Shown: positions 1-29,200 of the stretch, piece after piece
Layout: each line of letters opens with the position of its first letter
Numbering within the stretch: position 1 is the first letter of the stretch
Assembly (NCBI GenBank): GCA_002633005.1
Contig: NMRA01000740.1
Span: 99,673 to 163,672 of the forward strand
Length of the DNA stretch: 64,000 nt
Source of the DNA: Phoronis australis
Lineage: Eukaryota > Animalia > Phoronida
Direction: 5' to 3'
The notes under the pieces: generated by a model
What the model was told of the DNA's origin: nothing
The model's database searches: none
Seen by the model: the letters and a program-made list of their open reading frames with translations, nothing else
Made by a program: the position numbers and the translations under genes

Positions 1-334
1 ATACATCACCCATTCTCATTGATTTGTGGTCAAATTAGCACTTGAATTACGGGATTCCATTCTGGAAGAGATTAGACGGAGTAGAGTTGGAAGCTGAAGA
101 ATGAGGATAATGGATTTTATTTACGTTGGCGTAGGTAGTTATGGTGTCTGAGTGCGTCACTGGTGATGTTTAGTTCATTTCATGTAACGTCAGTAGAATG
201 GACTAGAGTAATAACTAGATGTTTGAATCGACTTGTAGGTCAATTCATACAATAATTGTTCCTTTACTCTAAAGTTTGCCTTAGAAACATAGTTGTTGCT
301 TAAGATGGGTCAGTCAACACACAGTCAAGTGATA

Positions 335-595
335 CAGTACAAGCCAAAGTGTTCACACAAAATGACCCACAATTCCCCATCATGATGGTTGGGCAGAAGC
401 TGAATTCATCATCAGACTAGACTTACTTCATGACAGAATGAAAGTGAATTAACAGGAAAATTATTATAAGGTGGCTAAGCCATTCTGTAGTTAGAATTTT
501 GCCACCCAAATTATTATTACCAGTAACTTTTACTGTTTTGTGAATTAGCCGTCATAATGTGGAAACTGTATTTTCTCCAATTATCGTGCTGTAGA
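335..595 (+). repeat. Interspersed repeat (probable Tc1-like MITE), copy 1
   Basis: CAAAATGACCCACAATTCCCCAT..GAAGCTGAATT..TAAGCCATTCTGTA..GAATTAG.CGTC..GGAAACTG aligns with 23969-24222. Confidence 0.7.
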
Positions 596-652
596 TGTGG
601 TGACTATACAGTTCTGTGTCAGTTGCATTATAGAGTTTATTCTACTTTACAG

Positions 653-3600
653 GTTAAGCAACTTGTTTCATGGCCTTGAGGAGAAGTCATCTCTGAAGTA
701 TTCTGTGTACTGTGTGCTTGTTAAAGTGGCGGGCCAGGCAGACATGATGAATATGGTCCCTTGTGACCTGAACCAGGTACATGACTCCGCAACCGTCACT
801 GAGCTGCTTGAGAAGGCATGGTGTCTTTATAGAAGGGTAGTCGTACAACACAGCAGTTTGGATTGACTAAAAGCTCAAACTTGTGAGACTCAGGTTGAAG
901 TCCTGTGTTTGCTGGCAGACTATGAGCATTGTGACTCTTACCTCTCCGTGTTCAGTCTCAACTTGAGTGCATGAGTGCCGGTGAATGTGATGTGGGGGGT
1001 TCTCATGGAGAGGAGAACTCGGCACTGGTTGGGGTACCTTGTTAAACATGTTGATTTAAAAAATGGAGTGGTCATCGGTTGTCCTAGACCAAAATTTGTG
1101 AACTACTGCAATTGAGCTTAAAATTAAAGGCAATCATTTAGGTTGGTGTGATTTTTTCCAAAGTTCGCTTATTTATACTGTTTTGTGCTTTGAACTGCTT
1201 TTCCAACTTAATGTTAAAATTAAATTTATTATTACAATACTGTATTGTGTTTTACAGGTTAAGAGTTGGCTATCGTCATGGGAGGTGAATGCACAAAAAG
1301 CTCAGAATTTATTACGCACTCTGTATGATGCCTTTATCAACTCAAAACAGAGGTAAGATAGTCTACAGTTCAACACTTACAGATCAGCAAGTTTTACAAG
1401 TAATACGGCAAGTATTACACAAGTAATGAGGCAATTATTGCAAGTAATACAACAAGTATTACAAGTAATACGACAAGTATTTTTTTTGCTTGTCAGATGT
1501 GTAAGTTCATGTTGCTATCATTCAGTCTTTGAGACTGTTTCTCCCAATCCCCTTGAAAGAGCTCAAGGAATTGAGCAGGACATTTTTATTGAGGAGGGTA
1601 CAGTTGATGTTCATTTTCTTACAAACTTGGCTACACTTGTGGCGCTACTGCCAGTTTTTGTTTTTGCTTTTGAATTTACAAAGTTTGTCAATGGACCTCT
1701 ATGATTGTTTTACTAGTCACATCAGCACTAGATGATGTGTGCTTGTTTACTTTCTAGTGATAATGCTGGTAAAGTAATGATTGAGCTGCTGGGGACATAC
1801 ACTGAGGAGAACGCCTCTCAGGCTCGCGAAGATGCCCAGAAGTAAGTGATATCTCCATTATTGTTATCACTGACTAGCCATGTTGAAAGATTTATTTACC
1901 AACTGATGTAATGCCCTGGACGCTCTTTTGTAAACTGTTGGTTCATGCTCGATACCAATGTTATATGACAACTCCACTGGTATCTTTAGATATTTTTATG
2001 GGTATCACAATTTAATTAATCAGTTTAGAAATTAAGGAGTTTGTTTTAAACTCTCGTGAAGTGCAAATTGTTTCAAGCTGACCTGCAGACATCAAACTGA
2101 AATAAGTCACGCTAGTTGCATTAAACCTTCCCATTGAAACGCTTTGAACTTCATTCCATCAGTGGCATGGTGTAATTAAGAATGCTAACTCCCCCTATTG
2201 ACCAATTTATTAGACAAGTTTGGAAGTGAAGGTTTTCAAAATCGGTGGTTTTCTTTCTTGCTGCACACATATTTTGTTGGGTCTAATCTTACTCTATGTA
2301 TTTGAGTTGCGTGTCTGTGTACAGTATTGGCTTGAAGACACTGGGTGTCTGCAACTGTCCCCCTAATGATAGCTGTTGTTTGTTTGCAGGTGTATTCTGA
2401 CCAGTCTGTCAGACCCTTCAACATTTCTTCTGGATCACTTGCTTATGTTGAAGCCAGTCAAGTTCTTGGAAGGGGCGCCTATCCATGATGTAAGTTGGGC
2501 CAGATATTTAGATCACTGGACTTGAGTCAGATGTTTATATCACTTGTGATTGTTGTATCTGTAAGGTGGGCCAGATATTTATATCACTTGTGATTGTGGT
2601 GTCTGTAAGAAGCAACAGGTTCTCTTCAAATCAGTGGTAAGAAATTATACCTCAGACAAGAGTAACGCTGCGCTCAACAGTCACCACATTTTGTTGATTG
2701 AAGATTGTAAAGAACTGTGTCCCAGGCACCTGTTTGCATTTGTCCAATTTAGCCAGTAACATTCTCTCATCTGTATTGATCTGTATTGTAACCGACAGCG
2801 TAGCAACAGGTTACTCATTGCTGGTGATTGTAGAACATTAAATTAAAGGTCACTGACACGGTAACGCGTGGAAGTTGGCGGCACGAAAATGAGGCTTGTC
2901 AAACGTGAAGCTCTATGGCTAAATATTGGTGTAAACAACATGGACTTTGGGAGTTGTCTGTTGAATAATCAAATATTGTTAAAAATCAATGTCTGGTACA
3001 TGTGAGTTTAGCTGCACTCAGTTGTTTTGTGAAACTGGTTAGAATGATTGTCTGAGACCTCTGTATGTAAACACATGTATGAAGTATTGTAGACACTTAT
3101 TAATTATAGCTAATTCCTGTGATTTGTAAATTTATTTCAGCTACTCACTGTGTTCGTGTCGGGGAAATTGTCAGACTATCTTCAGTTTTACAGTTCAAAT
3201 AAAAACTTCATTGAATCATCAGGTAAGAACCATACAAATATAACAGAACTGTTTCAAAATCTTGTTTTCTAATGGTTTGTAACTTTGAAGGCTTTAACCA
3301 TGCAGTACTTAGCCAAGCCATGCTGCAAAGTGCTATATTCTTCGCAGATGTTGTCACAGCAACTACGTCCATGTATTCTATTCAGACGTGCAGTCATCTT
3401 TTATTATGCAAATGAATAATGATTTATGTTCTGTTTCAAGCATTTTTTGCCATTGGACTGATGTGTGAAATATTACGTATTTTTCTACACCATTGTTGCT
3501 GTAGCTATATTATAATATAGCATTGTACTCTATTGTGCTACTCCATACAGTACGATACTGTTCTGCACTGTGCTGTTTCAAACATTACTTCACTCTCAGT

Positions 3601-5063
3601 AAACTGCACTACAATACAAGCCAGAAAATAACAAACAAAGTGGCCTGCCTGCTATTTCACGTCATGGCATTTGATCGCATACGGAATTCCATGCTGTAAC
3701 GGTTGTGTGAAAATGGAATTGACCGTTGTAGTAGCCATTTGTCATGACGAGTCATTTAACGGAGTGCTACTCCCTCTTCTTATAGTGTGGATAGTCAATC
3801 GTAAACAAACTTGGTATTAAGCCTCGACTGCACAATAAACTGTAATTAGGTCACAACTACACGTGAAATAAATCATTTAGTGTGGTTGCATTCTCAAAAT
3901 GCATAACCTCGTTAAAATCTTTATGAGGACAACCTTCTATTTTTGGGACAAAGGTTGATCCTGTGCATGCCCTTGTTATATTGGTTTTCAAGACTGTTTC
4001 AGGTCATTAAAAATCTTAGTACTGTTGCAATACACTTTTATGAACAAGGATAACCAAGTTGTTCACACTATGCTGCTAAGAGCATTGTACTCATGTACAT
4101 TTGAAATTAGGTCAACGTTCTTGGTTACTCTACACAGTGGACCATTGTGGTCGAACGAGCAGGTTACGATTTGTCATTTTCATCCAGAGTTAAGCAGAAA
4201 ACACGTGCAATGCAGAATTGGCCTTTGTGACGCGGAAACGGTATTTTGTCTGGTTTCTTTTGGCGCATACTGTGTGTGATAGTGTCCTCTTGTTTGATAC
4301 TGTTCTGTAGTGTACAGAATTGTGTTATACTGCAGTGTACTGAATCTCACCATGTGTTGTGCTGAACTATATTAATCTGTGTCGCTCAGGCCTGTCCCAC
4401 GAACAGAACCTGCACAAGATGAGACTGCTCACGTTCATGCAGATGGCTGAGACTAGGAAGGAGATTGACTTCAGTACAATTCAACAAGAGATGAGGATGG
4501 GCGAGGATGAGGTTGAAGCCTTCATTATAGAGGGTAAGTCAACACTGTTGTTGAAGAAGGAAATCTGTTAGAAGGGGGTGGGGTGTAGACGGGAACTTTT
4601 GGGATAGGATGTTGGCGTACTATCCAACTTAGTGAATGTTGTACCGTGTTCCTAGAAAATTGACTTAATCACTTCAAATGTTCTGGTACAGAATTGCAGC
4701 AATTTTCTGGAATTGTGGTGCAGTGTAAAATGGGTAATTTTGTTTAAATTATGCAATAAAGGGTAACCCAATTGCTGTCTTTAGAATTTAAATAGGTCAT
4801 GGTACACAAACTACGTTTTGAACCCCCTATTTGTCTATCTTTACTCTGCTGATCATATTTATTTGATTGCAGTTGTCAAGACACAGGCAGTTCGCGTGAG
4901 GATTGACCACCTGCAACATAGGGTGGTGATCAGCTCAACAACGCATCGCACATTTGGAAAGCAGCAGTGGCAGTTACTAAGTGAAGAGTTGAGGCATTGG
5001 CAGGAGTCCATCACACGTGTACGCAACAGTTTACAGAGTCTACAACAGCAGCAGCAGAGTTAA
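653..5063 (+). CDS. EIF3M: Eukaryotic translation initiation factor 3 subunit M (PCI domain), 3' portion; upstream exons lie outside the window
   Basis: Exons 653-776, 1258-1352, 1758-1841, 2390-2489, 3141-3222, 4390-4533, 4873-5063 have AG/GT borders and matching phases. Peptides [57 protein letters not shown] and [13 protein letters not shown] match eIF3m. ATTAAA near 5347. Confidence 0.96.
1387..1481 (+). repeat. 11/22-bp minisatellite
   Basis: About 8 CAAGTA(A/T)TAC-type units. Confidence 0.8.
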
Positions 5064-6325
5064 CAGAGAGACTCACTACCTCGCGATTTACGGGTCGAAC
5101 GAACTGCATAAGTCAGTCGTTTGAGCCAGTCAGATAAATTTCTCTGGTTTTGAAGAAAAACTGAAATCTTACTCGCTCCAGTTCTAACATTACCGCTCTG
5201 TGAGTAGAGGGCTTTATTCTTTTCGTCAATCGTTTTCCGCTCACTTGAAAAGAAGTCTCTTATAAAGAAGCCGGGCTGCAGGAGGTGAGATCTCCTGTGC
5301 ATCTACACAGTTCTGTCTACATCATGTTAAAATGTACGTTACAGTTATTAAACCTTGTGTTGGTGGAGGAAATGTGTGTTTGTGTGCAGTGACTGTGATG
5401 TACATCCTAATATTGTACTTAATGAACTGTAAAGTACTTGTTGGCAGAAACTAGTTTTTGCACACGATGATCTCATTTAATGGTATTTAAACTCCTGTTT
5501 GCAATTGTGTATGAGAATTCAAAATATATAAAATATTACAAAAATTCTTTACTTTTCAATTAAAAAATATTTAATATTAATTAATTTCAACAAATTCTAG
5601 TCAGTTATTCAAAAAAACTGGCTACATTCCAAATTAAAAGTAAATATGACTGTCAAGTTGCAGTGACTCGCCTTAGAATGATATACACACTAATTCATAA
5701 AAAATGAGATTGAGACTAGATTTAACAATTGGCCAGTTGTTGATACAACAATGCAAACAATAATCTTAAATTAATCGACTATATATAGTTTGTTTTTATA
5801 TAAAAGAAAGAAGACCAACACAGCAGTTTTAAAGCCTAGCTTCTACAGACCTTTGTTATTTTAGAGTGTATTGGGCTAGCCAGTGCTAGCGAAGCCTTGG
5901 CAAAATAAGAATGGCACGAACTAATCACTCAAATGTAGGTCTGTCAAATGAAGGGGGAACTTTCTCATCTTTTTTGTGTCACATTTTGTCACTGCGAGAA
6001 CCCAGCACCAACAACAAAAAGGCCGATAACAGTTGTTAGGGGTCTGAATGGAGCACCTGTGAGTGTTGTTCGCAGCTGCTTGAATTATAAGGCGATTCTC
6101 GCAGTGAGGTAGGCAAATATCCAATATGCCTAACAGTTCATTACAACTGGCACTTATGGTGCTGGTGGGCTCAGAGCAATGCTCTTAACATAATGTCGGA
6201 ATCAAATTTACATGTATAACCATTCAAGATAGGCCTTAACTCATATTAAAATATGCTTCATTTGTTTTAACTAAGTCAGTCGCATTGGAATGAATTGTGT
6301 ACACTCATCAGAACAGAGACCAGTG

Positions 6326-9300
6326 TCAACAGGGTCTGTAAGCAGCACTAGCAATACCGCACATATTCCCGTGATTTCTCGCTATAAGAATATAACCATT
6401 CATTCCCCAGTTGTAACCTGGAATAAAAGATTAATGTTTTATCATTAATTGCATTTTATTTCTTGGTGATTCTAACCTTGCAAAAATAAGCAGTATAGCT
6501 GACTTCGTATTGAAAACATCTTACTGCAAAGTCAGATGGTTAAAATTTTGCGAGATAAAAACTGAGACATTGAAAAGTTTTCCAAGAAGTGTCGTGTCCC
6601 TCGCCTTGACACAAATGAGGTTTCATAATTAATTTAATAGTTTCCATTTCTTGCTTAAGAAGATAAAACACTAAGTGAAAAGCTGAATGTTTTTGTGAAG
6701 GTTCACCATCCCTAACTAGACACCTACCTGAATTAAAGTACACCCTGATATTAGTATTCTCATGTAAGTCTTACCCCATGTGTTTTGGCACACCCAGTAG
6801 TCCACCTCTGCACCATTCACTTGTTGCACCCCGTAACCCACTAGTAGCATGTTGTGATCCAACGTTGACCCACAGTTCTTCTCTTGGTACACTCCACTCC
6901 TGTAGAACTGGAAGGAGGCATGACTGGCATCTATGGTGACCACCACGGGCGTCTGCAGCAACTCCACCATCAAGGACTTTTCACTTTTATTGAATACCAC
7001 ATTGTAATCTCTCACCTGTTGGAAAATTTTATTCAGTATCAAGTTAGAATATTTGTTTTTGACTAAACCCAGCCACGTGCACACGCTGAGGCCTTGAATG
7101 ACAACTTACTGATACAATTCAGGTGTCAGCATGCTTTAAACACTGATCCAAGTGCACAAGACCTAATGTTCAATTCTACTCATCTCTACTTGTATACATA
7201 CATGAACAGGTGCTGAGGTAAATTAAAATGTAGTCTGGGAAGTAGTTTTGACTTTCAGTTTTCATGATACTGCTGCTGGCTTTTGTCAAATGAGTTCATG
7301 TCTACTCAGCATATAGTTAAACTGACAATAAAGTCATCTTACATCACAAATAGTTTTTGAATTGGACCACTAACCGTTATGAAATTGGTCTCAATTTGTC
7401 TGTGAGTCAAATTGGAGGAGACTTCAGGACTTCAAAAGAAATGATGGTTCAATTTTGCTTTAGACCAGGTTTTACAAGTTGGCTTGTCATGACATATCAA
7501 TATCACTTTATGCTCTGAGTATGGTCTCAAGGAATATTATTTAAGTTCTTGACCAAATAAGATATCGCTTCTCACCTTCGTAAGTCACAGACCAATTTTG
7601 TAGATGGAAATGGTTCAAGTGAAAAGTTTGCTCCTTGGGTGGATCAAAGGTTGATAACCACCTTTAAATGTAATTTGATTTTGCCAAATTACTTGAAACA
7701 AACCAAAAAAATATGAAAATTTACTCTATTGACACGTTTTGTTGGCCTGCTGTACAGCTGTTGTTAGAAACACTTGTTATTTTATTGTTTGTTGCAAGGG
7801 AGTCAGCCTCTGAAATGTGACAATTTAGCTTGTATTTAGTGCAAAATGTCTAAAAAATTACAGTTCCAGTGGTTCCTGGTATCGTCCATTCCCATTGGTG
7901 CATTGCGTCAGCTGCTGCGTACCTTGACTGTAGGCTGACATCTGTCAGCAAGACACGAACCATTGCCTGATGATGGGTAGTCAGCCTCAGAACACAGTCC
8001 ATGTAATTTGTTGATAATACAGTCAAACAGCTGGCCTGGGAGGGTCCTCACACTCGGCTTGGAGCAGCACTGGTACACTTCTTCCAGACTTGCAGTCACC
8101 AGGTGACCAGACTGGATTGTATTGTAACTCTCTATGGACTCTGAAAAGAATATGGTTATGTTGATTGACTCGAGTGACCACATCTTTACAATAAATGGAA
8201 ATAGGCAATTAGTAAGTGTTCTTGGTAAAGATGATTTACATTGAAATGCATACTATTTTTGTTGATTCTTTGCAAAAGCTACTCACAATATTTTGAAAAA
8301 TGCTTGAAGCTGCGAAAAGAGGAGGAAATATTCTCGTACAAAACGTGAAACATTAGGTCATGAGAATGATGATGATAAACCCTTTATTGTTGATCCTCAC
8401 TTTCAACCACAATTACTGCACTTGATCCCATCCGTCCTTGACTACTGACTGGAGGAACACCTCCTCGTGTCCTCCAGTCAAAGGACGAAGGTAATGGTGA
8501 AGGAACAGCACTGGGACATGAGCCTTGCTGATACCTCGATTCCACCAAATGATCTAACCTTGTCTTTGGGATCTCTGTCATGACCTGCAACAATAAATTC
8601 AAATATTAAATTCTCATTTAGGGCACAATACAAGGAACAAGTGGTATTGATTTTCATCTTTTTTATAAAAATGATTAATTTATAGCACCAAATAAGTGCT
8701 TCATCATTTTTAAGTAGTGTACCATAGCCACTTTCAATGTTTTGAGAAATTGTTGGTATTTACAATATATATAAATGTCTTTGAAAAATGAAAAATAATC
8801 AAATTTGGAAATTATTTCTGTCTAAATTTGACAAGGTTTTACCGTGAGTGTACGTGACCTGATCATTGAATTGGTGACTGTGTTATAATTTTCTCTCTCA
8901 ATCGTTTACACCGCCAATTAGTCAAAGGTGACCATACATCTCTCAGTGTGAAAGTGCTCTCCTGGTTCAACCCTGTACTCGGTTCAGGTCACTTGGTCAA
9001 ACTTCTGACAGCGGCTTTAGTCAGGATTAAAGAACATGTGTCGTTGGCTTCATGCCGTATAGGGATACCGGTAGCTGTGGCCAGAGTGAACTTCACAGTT
9101 CACAGCATATATGTATTTTCAACATTCACACATCCATTGGAAAGTGAAATTTAATCGGGGGGCATCCTTAACTAGCTTCCTATGAGTCAATGCTAATAAA
9201 ACCGGTGCCAGTGTTCTCAATAAGGTACATTTTAATTTAAAATTTAAATTTAATTGTGTGCAATATCAGTGACGTTGCGGTAGGAGGTGGTGCATGGACA

Positions 9301-9583
9301 TTCGTACTCAATTTTGTACCTTATCAGCAAACGCGTTAAGGTCAAGCTTGAAGGTGGTGTCAGGTCGAGCATTGTACTCTTTGATCAACATCCGATTTTT
9401 CACCCAAATCGCTCGTCTCATTTCTTCTTCCTCTGCTGTATACGTTTTGCCATACCGAGCTTTCCAATCTTTCCAACTGATAAGTGTTTTACTTTTCACA
9501 TATTCCTGGTTATCCAATGCGTTGCAACTAAAAATTGCTGTTAGACACAACGATATAAGAAAAAGATTCTTAGAATTCGACAT
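6326..9583 (-). CDS. Cathepsin L-like papain-family (C1A) preproprotein, ~332 aa, with the catalytic Cys replaced by Ser
   Basis: Exons (-) 9583-9320, 8584-8401, 8140-7923, 7015-6775, 6417-6326 total 999 nt, frame intact. Signal peptide; I29 propeptide with ERFNIN-type EEEMRRAIWVKNRMLIKEYN and LNAFAD; mature start LPSSFDWR; QGRMGSSAVI in place of QGxCGSCWAF; LDHNMLLVGYG; YWVCQNTWG; C-terminal WGMNGYILIARNHGNMCGIAS. Confidence 0.93.
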
Positions 9584-9950
9584 ATTTTTACCCAAAATAA
9601 AACACAGCACACTAACTACTTGGCACACACTTTTCAATGAGCGTCAGCATGTGACATTTCGTGTTTACTTCCTGAACTTGTATGACCAACTGGGATCACA
9701 TGACTTTTGGATTATTCTAAACATCGGACGCATGAGGTAAGTTAAGTTCATGGTAAACGTGTGTACGGGATACATGGTAAAGTATTTTGTGGAGTTACGC
9801 ATGATTTAAATTTTATGTATATGATATGAAACATCTTTTCTCCTATTTTATAAATTTCTGTTTGTAAATATGTTCTGGGCCTGAAATGTTGACGCCTTGT
9901 TTACGTTCTACACCCCTCCTGTACGGGCATATTATTGCGACCTGGAAAAC
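9584..9950. promoter_or_regulatory. Putative bidirectional promoter between the cathepsin-like gene and KIAA0930
   Basis: Divergent ATGs only ~370 bp apart (9583 minus, 9951 plus). E/M-box-like CATGTGAC at 9648-9655 and TCACATGAC at 9696-9704. YY1-like AAACATGGCTGCC overlaps the KIAA0930 ATG. Confidence 0.55.
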
Positions 9951-25623
<15,673 letters not shown>

Positions 25624-25869
25624 GTACCTGATACTCAGGGTAGAGTCATCCCTGATACTAAGGGTAGTGTTGTGCCAATCTAACTGTGCTGTAAGGCAAA
25701 GCACTGATTGTGCCACTGATTGTCTGGAACCAGCAGCCCTTAAGTTGAAGATTGATTTGGTAGCTTACAAGTGTTTCAAAAAAGGCAGTACAAGGTAAGG
25801 TCAATGACAGGAAGTTCTCCAATGGAATCTGTTGGTGATATCTTATACCTAAGTCACTTGGTGCTATGT

Positions 25870-26290
25870 CTGAGTAGCTGAACTGAAAGCATGGTGTGGT
25901 GCCCTACAAGAAGACTGTCTCTCTCTAGAAATTGCTGTGTGTTACCTCATAAGACAGTACCTGAAATAAAACTGTGGTGTGGTACCTTACAATAAGGCAG
26001 AAGCTGAAACGAAACCGTTGTAATAAGAAAGGAGCTGAAACGAAACCGTTGTAATAAGAAAGGAGCTGAAACGAAGCCATGGTGTGATACCTCATAATAA
26101 GACACCACAATATGGTTTTGTTTCAGTTTTTGTCTTATTATAATGTACCTCATAATAAGACAGTAGCTGAAATGAAGCCATGGTGTGATGCCTTATAATA
26201 AGACACCACATGGTTTTGTTTCAGCTTGTCTTATTATAATGTACCTCATAATAAGACAGTAGCTGAAATGTAGTGTGGAACTTTACAGTG
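25870..26290 (+). repeat. Degenerate tandem and inverted repeat cluster in the KIAA0930 3' UTR
   Basis: Recurrent AGCTGAAA(C/T)GAAGCCATGGTGTG..CCTCATAATAAGACA units in both orientations. Confidence 0.75.
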
Positions 26291-29200
26291 AGATGTGCGG
26301 TGCTGCTGCAATGGATGAATAATGATTGTTTTAAGCTTTGGTTTGATTTTGGAATCCTTGCAGTACTTTAAGCGCAGGATTATGCTCAAGCCTCGTATTT
26401 AAAGACCATTCGGTTGTTATCGCCAGTGGATGTTTTCTTTACTCGACTGCTAGGACAGCCGAGAGCATTGTTGGCAAATTCTTCATATTGGATTTTGCTC
26501 ATTCAATTGTATGTTGAATTTGGACAAGTCATCACATTTTTATCATTACAAGTGGTCTATTTTGACAATCTACTGTATAGAGATTCATAGGGAATGTCTC
26601 AGTTGTGTATCCAGTATCCATCATGTGGACTGTAAGCCCAGTGACAGATAATTGTCCAGGTTCTTGATCAGTGCTCCCATTTACTCAACACTCTGGTCAC
26701 AGCGCTTCTACAACTATAACAGTTTCCGAATGGAGAGGCGTTGGAATAAAAACAATGATCTCAGTTGTACTTGCCCAATTGACTATACTTAAAATGTATG
26801 CATAGCTCACATTCCAGTGCCAAAACGAGGCTTAAGCAGCATAACATAGATGTTGTCTGGCTAACACAACCATGTGTGAATTCATGTTTGCTGTACCAAA
26901 CTAGTAACAGTTTATTAAACGTTTTTTATGCATTCATGTATCTATGGTACAAAATAAGCTGCCAGATATGAGTCTTTGATCAGTTCATGCCTGTAGTCGG
27001 TTATTGAAACATAGAGAGGAGTGCACAAGATCCCTTGGTGCAAGATTGCTGCGGCATGTTGAAAAGAAATGGAACTCGCTTCCAGGGATTACTGAAAATG
27101 ATTAAAAGTGTTTACATTGACAATGACAACCAGTGTCAGCAGTAATGAATGTCTCATGAGAAAAACTTGTAGTGATAGTATGCATTAGTTATGATCCCAT
27201 TGATTCTTCAATAGTGTTCTTCCTTTACTAGAGTATATTAGTGCACAACGAATTGTCCAAACTGGTGTAACTTTCATGAAAGTTATAGTAACCAGTGAAT
27301 TGAATTTCTGATCCTTTTGCGTCTATAAAGTTGTCACTTGCTCCCGGTGTCACTTTGTTGATCACAGAAAATGAGCACTGCTTTCTTAAGTCTATGACCA
27401 ACTTCTTTTAAATTAATGAAAAAGTGGAATTGTGATTCAGGTAAATGATGATTATTAGAATCATTTATGTTAAAAGTGTAGGTCAAATGCAAGAATTCTA
27501 AGGGGTTTTACAGTCTGTGGCATAAGTTTCTTGTTGACTGGACCGCCGAGAATAGAATGTTAGTGAACTGAAAAGCAAGCATCTGACCAAGCATCACTTT
27601 TTAGAGGCAGCGAATGAATGGACAGTTTCTGGTTGCAGCTAGCTGGCAGCTGCTTATTTAGATATGTGATTGCACCTGCTGGATTTAATATTCAACTTTG
27701 CTTACAATTCAACAGCAGAAAACAAAAAATAGGGATGTAAAAACTTGAGACCACGGGGTACCGATGTGAAGGTAATAGTGTTGATAAGTAGCAAATGCAT
27801 TACTTTACAATCATGATTTTATTGCCTGTCTTCCTTTGCTTCCTGTGAGAAAAGAATGAACGTGGCATTAGATAGTATTTTAACTACATTACTATACAGC
27901 CAGTACTAGTGAAAAAAGTTGACCTGTCTAGTAAATTTGGTACTTGTACATGAACTTCGTTTTGTGCTAGACATGAGTGGAATGTAAACAATCCCTCATG
28001 CTGTTCAAGCCTCGTTTCAGAGAGTAATGAATATTCATTGTTCTACATTAAGAATGGCCTACAGTGCGCAGACACATGAATCATGATTGTAAATGTGAAC
28101 GTGCTCAAAGTGTGTTCCTGTCAGTAACTTCTGCATAGAGTTTCCAAGGGTACTATGTGAATAGAAGCTGATGTGGATCATATTCTGCTTTGTCAGTAGT
28201 GTTTCTGATTTCATGCGATGTTGCGGCCATGACATAGCATAATATCAAACAGTTGTAGTTCATATATCATGTGGCGTTGTGATTTTATCTGTTATCAGTG
28301 TTGTTTTTTTTTGTTTTTTTCTTGTATATCACCCGGTTAAATGTCGATTGTGCAAATTGTTCCAAGACTACATTGATGTGAGATGTGCATTTTTGTTTTG
28401 TACTACATTTTACGCATTCCTAATTTTTATAGATTTACTTTTTAACTTAAAATCAAATTGTCTCATTTTGCCATCCACTTCCTCCATACTTTCTAATCAA
28501 AGGACTGTTGGTGTAGTGATGCATAAACCTGTCCTTGGTTGCACTGTTAATTCTTTTGATAGATATGGCTGTGAACTGTTTATTTTCTTAGCATTTATGT
28601 GTCAGACTTTGATGAATCCAATTCTAACCAAGGTGCTTTTAAAGACACCATGCAGTGATGATCATTTTCAAACATCCACAGTGCATTTGCAGACATTTTA
28701 GTCCATGAGATGTTCTTGAAATTGTGAACCTGCCTTTGTCCCCCGGTAATGGTCAGTAGCATGTTGTCATGGTAACATGTACTTGTATTGTATGGCAATC
28801 ACAGGTCTTTGTAAATGAAGTAGGATGTGTGATGCACAGTGGTGAATTACTAGCAGTCTTCTAGCTCCATTAGGGACAATGAAAACTTGTTAAAGCTTTA
28901 ACAAAACTAGTCTTGTTAGTAATTGCTGATCACAATTAATATTAATAATTCTTTAGACTGTGTTAGTTATATAAGTCTAGAGCTTTGTGTGCTTCATCTA
29001 ATCCACATCAGAGTTTGCTGATTGGTTTATTTCAATAACAAGACAGGCAGTTTGTATTTTAGTTTTAGTGCCAACACTGGCTCAAATACTCCTGGCAAGT
29101 AAGTTGCCGTGATTCAATCCTGTGTGATGGTGTGGTTTATTCACTTCACAGGAACAAAAGGTGCAATTATTATACAATTGTCAGTTTTTAATTGCTTTTA

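Noticed and set aside
777-4389. Intronic snoRNAs in eIF3m introns
   Set aside because: No convincing C/D box pair with terminal stem or H/ACA structure found by eye; needs an Infernal/snoscan search.
9287-9740. Plus-strand ORFs of 85 and 148 aa and the other short ORF-track entries in introns and UTRs
   Set aside because: Antisense shadows of real exons or chance ORFs in AT-rich or repeat DNA, with no recognisable domains.
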